Source of the DNA: Chiloscyllium plagiosum
Lineage: Eukaryota
Assembly: GCF_004010195.1 (NCBI RefSeq)
Contig: NW_025215150.1
Location: 1-37,586, forward strand
Length of the DNA: 37,586 bases
Direction of reading: 5' to 3'
Shown piece after piece: positions 20,704 to 32,117 of the stretch. The notes beneath the pieces are model-generated. The model worked only from the letters and a program-made list of their open reading frames with translations, did no database searches and was not told the origin of the DNA. The position numbers were made by a program, and so were the translations under genes. Position 1 is the stretch's first letter. Each line of letters starts with the position of its first letter.

Positions 20704-23700
20704 TTTTCTTATTTCAAAAGTATACCTTATTCATAAAATAATTTGATGGTCTGTACAGTTGGACATGCCATACATATGAAAACATTCCATTTCCTTGCAT
20801 ACCGAAACAGAGTAATCATTCCTATTTACAGGTCAGTACAATTACATTTTTAGCTGAGGCGTCAGCAGAGCCCAAATGACTGCGTGGGCCCCCTGTTCTT
20901 CTTTAGGCAGGCAGATGTTACACGGTGGTCTTTCCCCACCGTGCCTTGGCGGCAGCTGCCCCAAGCTTCAGCGCATCCCTCAACACGTAGTCCTGGACCT
21001 TGGAATGTGCCAGTCTGCAGCACTCTTTCGGGGTCAACCCCTTCAGGTGGAAGATCAACAGGTTTCGGACGCCCAGAGAGCGTCCTTCACCGAGTTGATG
21101 ATCCTCCAGGCACAGTTGATGTTCGTCTTGGTGTGCGTCCCGGGGAACAAGCCGTAGAGCACGGAGTCCCGCGTCACGGCGCTGCTCGGGACGAACCTCG
21201 ACAAACACCACTGCATTCCTCTCCAGACTTCCTCTGCATAGGCACATTCCAGAAGGAGGTGTGTGACAGTCTCGTCCCCCCCACAGCTGCTGCGATGGCA
21301 GCGTGCAGTGCGGCTGAGAGTCTGGGCGTGCATAAAGGATCTCACAGGCAGAACCCTTCTCACCACCAGCCAAGCCATGTCTTGGTGCTTGTTGGAAAGT
21401 TCTGACGATGAGGCATTCTGCCAAATGGCTTTGACAGTCTGCTCAGGAAACCGCTCGATAGGATCCGCCCTCTCCTTTTCCCGAAGGGTCTCAAGGACAC
21501 TACGTGCTGACCACTTCAGGATGGACTTGTGGTCAAAGGTGTTTTTCTTCATAAATTTCTCCACGAAGGACAGGTGATACCGAACGGTCCAACTACTCGG
21601 NNNNNNNNNNNNNNNNNNNNNNNNNNNNNNNNNNNNNNNNNNNNNNNNNNNNNNNNNNNNNNNNNNNNNNNNNNNNNNNNNNNNNNNNNNNNNNNNNNNN
21701 NNNNNNNNNNNNNNNNNNNNNNNNNNNNNNNNNNNNNNNNNNNNNNNNNNNNNNNNNNNNNNNNNNNNNNNNNNNNNNNNNNNNNNNNNNNNNNNNNNNN
21801 NNNNNNNNNNNNNNNNNNNNNNNNNNNNNNNNNNNNNNNNNNNNNNNNNNNNNNNNNNNNNNNNNNNNNNNNNNNNNNNNNNNNNNNNNNNNNNNNNNNN
21901 NNNNNNNNNNNNNNNNNNNNNNNNNNNNNNNNNNNNNNNNNNNNNNNNNNNNNNNNNNNNNNNNNNNNNNNNNNNNNNNNNNNNNNNNNNNNNNNNNNNN
22001 NNNNNNNNNNNNNNNNNNNNNNNNNNNNNNNNNNNNNNNNNNNNNNNNNNNNNNNNNNNNNNNNNNNNNNNNNNNNNNNNNNNNNNNNNNNNNNNNNNNN
22101 NNNNNNNNNNNNNNNNNNNNNNNNNNNNNNNNNNNNNNNNNNNNNNNNNNNNNNNNNNNNNNNNNNNNNNNNNNNNNNNNNNNNNNNNNNNNNNNNNNNN
22201 NNNNNNNNNNNNNNNNNNNNNNNNNNNNNNNNNNNNNNNNNNNNNNNNNNNNNNNNNNNNNNNNNNNNNNNNNNNNNNNNNNNNNNNNNNNNNNNNNNNN
22301 NNNNNNNNNNNNNNNNNNNNNNNNNNNNNNNNNNNNNNNNNNNNNNNNNNNNNNNNNNNNNNNNNNNNNNNNNNNNNNNNNNNNNNNNNNNNNNNNNNNN
22401 NNNNNNNNNNNNNNNNNNNNNNNNNNNNNNNNNNNNNNNNNNNNNNNNNNNNNNNNNNNNNNNNNNNNNNNNNNNGGATCCGAGCAGAAAACGGCGATGT
22501 CATCCATGTACAGGGAGGCCTTAACCTGCAGGCCCCTGCTGCCAGGAATAGTCACCCCTTTCAGGCTCGCATCCTTCCTGATGGACTCGGCAGATGGCTC
22601 TATGCAGCACACAAACAAGGCAGGAGAGAGGGGGCAGCCCTGCCTGACTCCAGATCTGACTGGTAAGCTATCTGATTCCCACCCATTGATTGAGACTGCA
22701 CTGATAATGTTGGTGTAGAGCAGTCTGATCCAATTGCAGATTCCCTCCCCAAAGCCCATTTTGGAGAGAACATCTCTCATATACCTGTGTGATATCCTGT
22801 CAAAGGCTTTCTCCTGGTCCAGGTTGATGAGGCAGGTGTCCACCCCCCTGTCCTGTACGTAGGCAATCGTATCTCTGATGAGTGCGAGACTCTCAGCGAT
22901 CTTCCTGCCCGGTACAGCACAGGTTTGGTCAGGGTGAATCACCGATTCCAGAGCAGACCTGACCCGGTTGGCGATGACCTTTGACAAGATTTTGTAGTCT
23001 GTGTTTAACAGTGAGATCGGTCTCCAATTTCTAATTTCTTCCCTCTCCCCCTTCTGCTTGTAGATGAGGGTGATGATGCCTTTTCTCATGGATTCACTCA
23101 TGGTACCTGCCCGAAGCATACTGACATACACCTCCAGCAGGTCCTGGCCAATCAAGTCCCAAAGAGCGGAATAGAGCTCGACCGGTAAGCAGTCGCTTCC
23201 GGGAGTTTTATTCTTTTCGAAGGACTCGAGGGCCTTGGTCAGCTCATCCAGAGATAGCGGCTGGTCCAGCCTCTCTCGTGTTCTGTCGTCTAAGACCTCC
23301 GTGATAGAGGATAGGAAAGACTGGGAGGCCACGCTGTCGGTCGGCTTCGCGTTCGGGTCACAAACAGGTAATCTATCCTTGAGCGGATAGACCCGTCTGC
23401 CCGTGACCAGGTGTATCTACGCTGCGCTCAGTCTGCAGGGGCGCTGAAGACGTCGTGCAGCTTGGCATCTTTTACCGTGTCCATCAGGGCTCTGGACGTG
23501 GCGTCCAGTTTACTGTCCCCCCCGCCGGATCGTCCATCTGCATCAATGATACAGTTGAAGTCTCCGGCCAGAATGACCGGCCTGGACGTAGCCAGCAACA
23601 GTGGAAGCTGCTGCAGGACGGCCAACCGTTCCCTCTTACCCACTGGGGCGTACACATTAATCAGTCACAGGGGAGCATACCTGTACATGACGTTGGCGAC

Positions 23701-24459
23701 GAGGAGGCGCCCGTCCACCACCTCCTTAACCTCGGAGATGGTGAAGTTGCCTCCTCGCAACAGGATACTCAGGCCGGAGGCGCGGCTCGCGTTACCCCCC
23801 GACCAAACTGACGGCATGGGCCCACAAGCTCAACCATCTCCTGTAGCTGCTGAGGTGCGGTATCCCACACTCCTGCAGGAACAGGACGTCGGCTTTAACG
23901 TTGGCCAGGAAAGCCATCGTAGAAACACATCGCGTAGCCGATTTGATGCTACGCACATTGATGCTGGCAACTCTTATCCCCATTTTAACAGTTTACAAGG
24001 TTGACACTGTCCATTTGCTGCTGGTCTTGCCCCTCTGGGGTAGCTTTGTGCATTCCCGTGGTGATGGCAAACTGCTGGACCATCCCAGGGCTGAGGTAGC
24101 TGTCCAGCTCCACGCTGGAGCCATTTCCCCGTTCTGGTGTCTTCGGGTCGGGCCCAGGGTCCGCATAGTCCAGTTCTCCATCTGACAGCAGGGCTGTCAC
24201 AGGACCGTTGCTCCCAGTTACCTGGAGCTGTGGGCCAGTGGGTACCTCTTGGTTCTCTCCAGGTCGGGGGAGGCCTTTACCCATCCCCTCAGAGGGATCG
24301 TTTTTTCCTGCTTGGGCGGTGCTGCCCTCCTTTTTCCCCGCGGCGCTCTGTCTCTTCCTCTGGTGACGACCCTCCTTGTGCCCGTCCTCACCGTCGGAAG
24401 AGCTGTCTGTATCCTCGTCGTGTAGCTGTCGCTTCCCCCTTTGCCTGTTCTTCCACTCT
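20704..24459 (-). mobile_element. Tx1/L1-clade non-LTR retrotransposon copy 1 (ORF1 3' part, APE-RT ORF2, CCHC finger, 3'UTR); defective
   Basis: ORF1 tail ends at TAA 23985 and ORF2 starts ATG 23983 (MGIRVASINVRS, LFLQEC, ILAGDFNCI = APE). RT: KTPGSD, NWRPISLLNTDYKILSK, LDQEKAFDRI, SGVRQGCPLSP, LYMDDI. C-terminal CHRSSC...ETVTHLLLEC; stop at 20918. Frameshifts, N gap and internal deletion. Confidence 0.93.
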
Positions 24460-24987
24460 TTTTTTATATATTTCAAAAATATACTTTATTCATAAAATAC
24501 TTTAATGGTCTGCACAACTGGACATGCCATACATCCGTAAACATTCCATTTGTTTGCATACCGAAACAGAGTAATCATTCCTATTTACAGGTCTGTGCAG
24601 TTACATTTTTAGCTGAGGCGTCAGCAGAGCCCAAATGACTGTGCGTGCCCCGTTCTTTTTTAGGCAGGCAGATGTTCGACGGTGGTCTTTCCCCACCGCG
24701 TCTTGGCGGCAGCTGCCCCAAGCTTCAGTGCGTCCCTCAACACGTAGTCCTGGACCTTGGAATGTGCCAGTCTGCAGCACTCAGTCGGGGTCAACTCCTT
24801 CAGCTGGAAGATCAGCAGGTTATGACCACCCAGAGAGCGTCCTTAACCGAGTTGATGATCCTCCAGGCACAGTTGATGTTCGTCTCGGTGTGCGTTCCGG
24901 GGAACAGGCCGTAGAGCACGGAGTCCCGCGTCACGGCGCTGCTCGGGACGAACCTCGACAAACACCACTGCATTCCTCTCCAGATGG
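24460..24987 (-). mobile_element. Tx1/L1-clade copy 2, 5'-truncated 3' end
   Basis: Highly similar to 20704-21226; AATAAA plus A-rich tail on - strand; 10-bp TSD cttccactct (24450-24459, 24988-24997). Confidence 0.92.
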
Positions 24988-25547
24988 CTTCCACTCTATC
25001 TGGCTGTTGCCATTTTGTTGGGATCCCAGGGAGAGATGGCCACAGTGCCTGCTCATTTCAGACAGGTTTCTATAAACCACAGTTCAGTGATTGCATAATG
25101 GTATCTGAAAATTGCATCAGGATCTTATGTGCACATTGCGCTCACTCCCTTTATTGACCTTCAGTGTAGAGTGACCCAATCCTCAGAAAAGAAGCTGTGC
25201 TAGCCATTTACATTCTTTCCACAATCACTTACTTGCATCTCACATCCACAGAGAAGTCAAATGATTAGCAAATTGGGTAAGTGCTCACAAGTGACATGTT
25301 AATGAGGACTGACAAGTAAAACAGCTTGCTCCTCTCAGTGAGGACATCAGAGTTGCTCCACTCATTAACCTTCCACCAGCAATAGTTCAAATCAATGCTA
25401 TACTTCTTTAAGAAATGTAGGGAGTGCTAGAGAAACTCAGCACTTTTGGCAGCAGGTGCAGACAGAGAACTAAAGTTCTGAAAAGTCACACTGGATTCAG
25501 TCTTTTTACAATGCTTTTGTCATATACGTGTGGAAACATTGTCTCAC

Positions 25548-25742
25548 CTGGACCTCTTGACATGTTATTGAGGGAGCACTTTGTAGGATGTAATGATGAA
25601 TGAAAAGGAAGTTCAAAAAAGCCTCCTGTTGATTTGTTTATCAATAAACTTTCTTTGGTGCAGGCTTCAGTATCAATGAGGGGCAGATTCTCTTCTGATA
25701 ACCAGGATCGACCAGTGGAGGTCAAGTCAGCATTGTTTCCTC
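25548..25742 (-). CDS. TMEM71: TMEM71 coding exon ((G)GNNADLTSTGRSWLSEENLPL...NNMSRGP(D))
   Basis: Acceptor gttctgtgtttcag, donor CAG|gtgaga; 195 bp, phase 1 to 1, open frame linking the flanking exons; low-conservation linker region. Confidence 0.75.
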
Positions 25743-25929
25743 CTGAAACACAGAACATTTTAGCACTTTAATCATGTGCCCAGCTTCTTTCTTTGAAGTT
25801 CTAACATTCCATTTTCCTTTTACGTACCAATTTATTCCAACAGAAGGAATGAAATGAAAAACGTTGGAAAAGGAAGAAATCAAAAATCTGAACAAAAAAA
25901 ATGCTGAACAAACAAAACAGTGAAAGGTA

Positions 25930-26040
25930 CCAGCTCTCTCATTGGAGAACGAGACAGAGCCAACTGGTGGTTTAACCTGAGGGTCACCCACACTTCAGGG
26001 GACAGGGAAGGCTGAGAAGGAGAATCCTTCAGGGTAACAA
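25930..26040 (-). mobile_element. Fragment of second SINE family
   Basis: tggtggtttaacctgagggtcacc is the reverse complement of the core at ~10901-10920 and ~28240-28260. Confidence 0.7.
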
Positions 26041-26605
26041 ATGGAACAGTGCCAAAGAGACAAAAGACTGTCACATAACTTCAGTTGAGATTCAAAAAGA
26101 TTTTGGAACTTCAGTTCTGAGGAAAAGTTGCCGCCTGAAGTATTAGTCACTTTTCTTTCTTGAGACACTGAGGTAGGAATTTGATTCAGCCCATTTTCAG
26201 AATTGAAACAGGTTGTGCAAGGGGAATACATGCCAGAAAGCCGAGGGTTGAGGCTGACCTGAAACAGGGGCACAGGCTTCACTTGAACATTAATGGTGAG
26301 CTGTCGATACAAATTGGCCATCCAATGGCTGCTCACCAATTACATAAGGACAAAACTGGGGCCACAGTCTCTCCAGCTGCGCTGTTCAAGAAGCAGCTCC
26401 AAAGGGGTCACAAGACTAAAATATCATGGACATTTTTAGAATTTTAATTCCAAAATATGTTTAAGAAAAGAAATAAGATTGCAGATATAAATTCAGTGCT
26501 CTCTGTCAATGGCCTGTGTGGTGTCCATGAAATACTGCACGTGTGGAATGTCAAATAGAGAGACAGACATAACAGGAAGAGATAACAAGGGGTTTGACAA
26601 TGTCA

Positions 26606-27003
26606 GAGAAAATGAGGACTGCAGATGCTGGAGATTTGAGTTGAAGAGTGTGGTGCTGGAAAAGCACAGCCAGTCAGGCAGCATCCGAGGAGCAGGGGAA
26701 ATCAATGCTTCAGGCATAACTCCTTCATCAGGAATTAGGCTTGTGGGCCGGGGTGGTTAGAGATAAATGGGAGGGGGTGGGGGGCTGGAAGAAGGTAACT
26801 GGGAATGTGATAGGTAGATGAAGGTGAGGGGTGGAGAGGAGGGTGGAGCGGATAGATGGGAAGGAAGACGAACAGGTCAAGAGGGCGGTACTGAGTTGGA
26901 GGTTTCGGACTGGGACAAGGTGGGGGGAGGGGAAATGAGGAAACTGGTGAATCCACATTGATTGCATGTAGTTGCAGGGTCCCGAGGCGCAAGATGCCTT
27001 CTC
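26606..27003 (-). mobile_element. Penelope-like element 3' end (ORF C-terminus + pLTR with degenerate HHR)
   Basis: Minus-strand ...EGILRLGTLQLHAINVD resembles the Penelope C-terminal motif (IFRLGTLQPxGLN) after the GIY-YIG domain; pyrimidine-rich UTR; attcctgatgaaggagttatgcctgaagcattgatt; same tail as the mini-elements. Confidence 0.85.
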
Positions 27004-27639
27004 CGCTCAGCTGAAAGTCATCATTTTCAGACAATTGTGCTTTGTCCTTTCAGGAATATATAAAAACAATTTAAAGCGGACATATCTTGTTTCTATGTGC
27101 TCCTACGAGAAGATTTGCCAGCGAACTGCAGTATCCATATGTAATAGCCTGGGTTCGAGTAATATTGTTCTGTGAAGCACTTTTGTTCACATGCAAAGAA
27201 ACCACCCACTTCTCACTCCAGTATTGAAGGTTAAAAACATTCCCTCTCGCTGAGAGCTAGACACTAAACACAAAGTAACAGGACAAAAGGATTTGAACTA
27301 ACTTTAAAAGCCAAGAATCCCAAAAATCAAGTGCTTAACTATTAAAATTCCACTAGCTACTCTTCATAAACAATCTAGACAGACTGATCTGTACAGCTTT
27401 TATTATTTTTTGGACTCACTTCTCATTCATAATCTATGAGTATGTTGCATTATGAACACGTCTTGCACTGGCGAAAAAAAAAATCACTCTTTTGTTAGCC
27501 CAAGAAAGCCTGGTCAGATTGGCCCTTTGTAAAACAGGTTCATTCAGTGTTGGAGTAAGGCATGCACAAATTAACACTGTTGTATAATACCATAATATCT
27601 TGGGAAGCCTCACACCACATCTGGTTGTAGCAAAGGAGA

Positions 27640-28510
27640 GTCGTCATAGGAGTTGGGAGCAAACCCTTCGAGCCCACTCTGCCGTTTGACATGATCATAG
27701 CTGATCTTATCCTGGTCTCAACTTCCAAGTCTCAGCCTCACTCTCCTGCCTGCCCCCAACAGCCTTTACCTTTCTTTTCATCAGAAGCATATCTATTTTT
27801 TTCTTGAATCTGTCAACTGATTCTGCCTCCACTACTCTGGGTCACTGTATTCCACAGAGTCACAACCTTCTGAGAGTAGTTTCTCCTCATCTCAGTTTCG
27901 AACCTACCACCTCTCACTCTGTACTGTGACCTCTTGTTTGATACTGTCCCACATGGGGAACATCTGTTCAATGTCGACTTTATCCTTTAGCATTTTATGT
28001 ACATCAATCAGATCCCCCCCCCTCATACTTCATGAACTCCAGCAAGTACAATCCCAAGCTATTCAGCTGCGTCTTATACAACAGCCATTTCATCCCTAAT
28101 GGGAATCAGTTTAGCTCAATTGGCTGGATTGTTGGCTTACAAAAGCAGTCCGATGCCAATAGTGTGGTCTCAATTCCCGTCACTGGTTTGAGGTTACCAT
28201 GAGGGACTCTCCTTCTCAACCTCTTCCCTTGTCTGGTTGCCCTCAGGTTAAATCACCACCAGTCACTTCTCTTTAATGAGAGAGCAAACCCTGTGGTCTG
28301 GTAAGACTATGGTGACACAACAAAACGTCCCTAGAATCAATCTGGTGAACCTCATCTGAGCTGCCATGACATTGTTCCTCAAGTCAGGAGACCAAAACAG
28401 GGCATGCCAATGCCTTATGTAACTGTAACAACACTCCTCTGCATTTATAACCCAGTCCTTTTGCAATAAATGCCAGGATTACATTTACCCTTCTCATAAC
28501 ATGCTGCACC
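27640..28510 (-). mobile_element. Old CR1 3' fragment with nested SINE
   Basis: tcataggagttgggagcaaacccttcgagccc...gatcatagctgatc 3'UTR; minus-strand AQMRFTRLILG. Confidence 0.75.
28101..28317 (+). mobile_element. Second tRNA-derived SINE family copy
   Basis: tttagctcaattggctgg A-box, ggtctcaattccc B-box-like, gagggactctccttctcaacctc...ccctcaggttaaatcaccaccagtc...ggtctggtaagactatggtgac. Confidence 0.75.
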
Positions 28511-28713
28511 GTTTCTTGTGTTTTCTCTCTCTCTCATTTTACTTACGTCTTGGTGAGGAATTCAGTTATGGTAAGGGCATCAGCAGCAGCAAGTGAGCCC
28601 AGTGCTGACTCATTGCGGCGGTGTTGGAGGTGGATTTGGGGCAGACTAATTGTTTTTTTGAAAATGACAATTGGGCTCTTTTTTATACTTTTGCAACTAC
28701 TGAAACAATGTAC

Positions 28714-28886
28714 CTTGATTGTTACTAAAACTGGAGTCAAAATCACTTCCTCCATCAATCCAAGAGGATTCTGCAAGGGGACATTCAGTTCCACTGAAAA
28801 GACTGCTATTCAACCAGGAACTGGAGGAGTCAATCGAAAAAAGACTTGCAAAGGATCGATGAACTTTCTTCTTCCGGCGAAAAATT
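28714..28886 (-). CDS. TMEM71: TMEM71 coding exon ((R)IFRRKKKVHRSFASLFSIDSSSSWLNSSLFSGTECPLAESSWIDGGSDFDSSFSNNQ(G))
   Basis: Acceptor ttttttaactttgcag, donor AAG|gtacat; 173 bp, phase 2 to 1; strongly resembles recalled mammalian TMEM71 RIFRKKKRICHSFSSLFNLSTSKSWLHGSIFG. Confidence 0.9.
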
Positions 28887-29289
28887 CTGCAAAGTTAAAA
28901 AAGGTGTTTTTTTAGGAAATAGCATACGAAATATTGTACTGCATGCTTTTTATTGATTAAAATTTGCTATCTACCAGTTCCTACATCTCGTGGGTAGGAC
29001 TGAAAAATAGTTTCTGTAACTATGTCTGTGGCTCATCTTGCATCATTTAACATTTTCTGTCACTTATTTAATAATTTGCATTTTGTTCATCAATCAGAGG
29101 GAAATGAATGCTGGGAGCTGTCGTTACTCCCATTTCATCCACCTGGTGGCATTGTAAAGCAGTTCCAGTGAAACACAGCAAAACTCATCTATCCTGTCTC
29201 AACATGCTTAAACCCAAACCTTATCCTAAACTCAAACCTAACCCTAAATTTTGACTCCAAATATGGACTGGCAATACTACAGTTTGAGT

Positions 29290-31655
29290 ACTTTAGATGG
29301 GTCAATTTTTGTCTAGTGTGTGCAGGAGGGCTTTCTGACACAGCATGCAGACAGGCTAACAAGGGGCAAGGCCGCATTGGATTTGGTACTGGGTAATGAA
29401 CTCAGCCAAGTGTTAGATTTGGAGGTAGGTGAGCACTTTGGTGATTGTGACCACAATTTGGTTATGTTTACTTTAGTGATGGAAAGGGATAGGTATATAC
29501 TGCATGGCAAGAGTTATAGCTGGGGGAAAGGCAATTATGATGCGATTAGGCAAGATTTAGGATGTATCAGATAGAGAAGGAAACTGCAGGGGATGGGCAC
29601 AATTGAAATGTGGAGCTTGTTCAAGGACCAGGTACTGTGGGTCCTTGATAAGTATGTACCAGTCAGGCAGGGAGGAAGTCGTCAAGCGAGGGAGTCGTGG
29701 TTTACTAAGGAAGTTTAATTTCTTGTCAAGAGGAAGAAGGCAGTCTATGTTAGGATAAGCTGTGATGGCTCAGTTAGGGGGCTTGAGAGTTACATGTTAG
29801 CCAGGAAAGACTTAAAGGGAGAGCTAAGAAGAACTAGGAGGGGACTTGAGAAGTCGTTGGCAGATAGGATCAAGGAAAACCCGAAGGCTTTCTATAGATA
29901 TATCAGGAATAAAAAAATGACTAAGTAAGATTAGGGCCAATCAAGCATAGTAGTGGGAAGCTGTGCATGGAGTCAGAGGAGGTGGGGGAAGTGCTAAATG
30001 GATACTTTTCATCAGTATTCACACTAGAAAAAGACAATATGGTCGAGGAGAATACTGAGATACAGGCTACTAAACTAGATGGGATTGCGGTGCATAAGGA
30101 GGAGGTGTTAGCAATTCTGTAAAGTGTAAAAATAGATAAGTTCCCTGGGCCGGATGGGATTTATCCCAGGATTCTCTGTCAGGGAGGAGATTGTCGAGCC
30201 TTTGGCTTTGATCTTTATGTCATCATTGTCTACAGGAATATTGCCAGAAGACTGGAGGCTAGCAAATGTTGTTCCCATGTTCAAGAAAGGGGAGTAGAGA
30301 CAACCCTGGAAATGATAGACTTATTAGCCTTACTTTGGTTGTGAGTGAAGTGTTGGAAAGGGTTATAAGAGATAGGATTTATAATCATCTCGAAAGGAAT
30401 AAGTTGATTAGGGATATTCAACACAATTTTGTGAAGGGTAGGTCATTCCTCACAAACCTTATTTAGTTCTTTGAGAAGGTGACCAAATAGGTGGATGAGG
30501 GTAAATGGTTGATGTGGCGTATTTGGATTTCAGTAAAGTGTTTGATAAGGTTCCCCAAGGTAGGCTATTGCACAAAATACGGAGGCATGGGATTGAGGGT
30601 GATTTAGCGGTTTGGATCAGAAATTGGCCAGCTGAAAGATGACAGAGGGTGGTGGTTGATGGGAAATATTCATCCTGGAGTTCAGTTACTAGTGGTGTAC
30701 CACAAGGATCTGTTTTGGGCCACTGTTGTTGTCATTTTCATAAATGACCTGGATGAGGGTGTAAAAGGGTGGATTAGTAAATTTGCGGATGACACTAAGG
30801 TTGGTGGAGTTGTGGATAGTGCTGAAGGATATTGTAGGTTACAGAGGACATAGACAAGCTGCAGAGCTGGGCTGAGAGGTGGCAAATGGAATTTAATGCG
30901 GAAAAGTGTGAGATGATTCACTTTGGAAGGAGTAACAGGAATGCAGAGTACTAGGCTGATGGTAAGATTCTTGGTAGAGAGATCACGGCGTCCAGGTACA
31001 TAGATCCTTGAAAGTTGCCACCCAGGTTGATAGGGTTAAGAAGGTATACGGTATGTTAACTTTTATTGGTACAGGGATTGAGTTTCAGAACCATGAGTTC
31101 ATTTTGCAGCTGCACAAAACTCTGGTGCAACCGCACTTGTAGTATTGCATACAGTTCTGGGCACTGCATTATAGGGAAGTCATGGAAGCTTTGGAAAGAG
31201 TTCAGAGAAGATTTACAAGGATGTTGCCTGGTATGGCAGAAAGGCCTTATGAGGAAAGGCGGAGTGACTGGAGGCTGTTTTTGTTAGAGAGAAGAAGTTT
31301 GAGAGGTGACTTAATTGAGACAAAGATAATTAGAGGGTTTGATATGTTGGATAGTGAGAGCCTTTTTCCTCGGATGGTGATGGCTAGCAGGAGGGGACAG
31401 AGCTTTAACAGAGGGGTGATAGATATAGAACAGATGTCAGAGGTAGTGTCTTGACTCAGAGTAGTAGGGACATGGAATGCATTGCCTGCAACAGTCATAG
31501 ATTCACCAACTTTAAGAGTTTTTATATGGTCATTGGATAGGCATATGGATGAGAATGGAATAGTGTAGGTTAGATGGGCTTCAGATTGGTTCCACAGGTC
31601 GCCACAATATTGAGGACCAAAGGGACTGTACTGCACTGTAATGTTCTATGCTCTA
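29290..31655 (+). mobile_element. 5'-truncated CR1 LINE (~2.35 kb; endonuclease C-term, RT, 3'UTR), degenerate
   Basis: LDLVLGNE...GEHFGDCDHNLV; FINDLDEG...ISKFADDTK (30781); LERVQRRFTRMLPG; tail atgttctatgctcta. Multiple stops and frameshifts. Confidence 0.95.
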
Positions 31656-31921
31656 CGTTCGAAACTAAATTGTAATTACCAACCCCTTTTCGTCCTACAC
31701 TTCCCTCAGCAGCTATTCTGTGGCTGTGATTAGATGCAACTTGCAGACATGAGCAAAGTCCAAACCCAGATTTACCCAGGACCCTTGCAGCCAACAGATG
31801 GAGAATCTTTTCATTTTGTTAACTGAATTTGAATGAGAGTTCACTGTCAAAATCGGTTTTTCTGCATCTCACCCTTCTTTGCAGTGTCCTCAATGACTCA
31901 GAATATTTTCCTGTACATCTC

Positions 31922-32117
31922 AGGCAACTGTCTGTGTGGAGTTTGCACATTCCCCCTGTGTCTGCGTGGGTTTCCTCTGGGTGCTCCGGTTTCCTTCCAC
32001 AATCCAAAAATGTGCATGTTAGGTGGAATGGGTCTGGGTGGGTTGCTCTTTGGAGGGGTGATGTGGACATGTTGGGCCGAAGGGTCTGTTTCCACACCGT
32101 GTAATCTAATCTAATCT
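31922..32117 (+). mobile_element. 5'-truncated HE1/V-SINE
   Basis: actgtctgtgtggagtttgcacattcccc..gtgtctgcgtgggtttcctctgggtgctccggtttcc; tail (taatc)3. Confidence 0.9.

Noticed and set aside
21055..23332. Long ORFs of 482, 331 and 579 aa (and 148/173 aa near 3032-3628)
   Set aside because: Their length is an artefact of translating through N gaps; the real parts are fragments of Tx1 ORF2 or CR1 ORF2.
25000..26430. Possible ancient DNA-transposon remnants (also ~12600-12800, ~32900-33200)
   Set aside because: Only vague compositional resemblance; I could not define TIRs or TSDs.
28543..28915. ORF-track ORFs 28543-28794 (-) and 28550-28915 (+) as genes
   Set aside because: They are off-frame or antisense shadows of the TMEM71 exon at 28714-28886.
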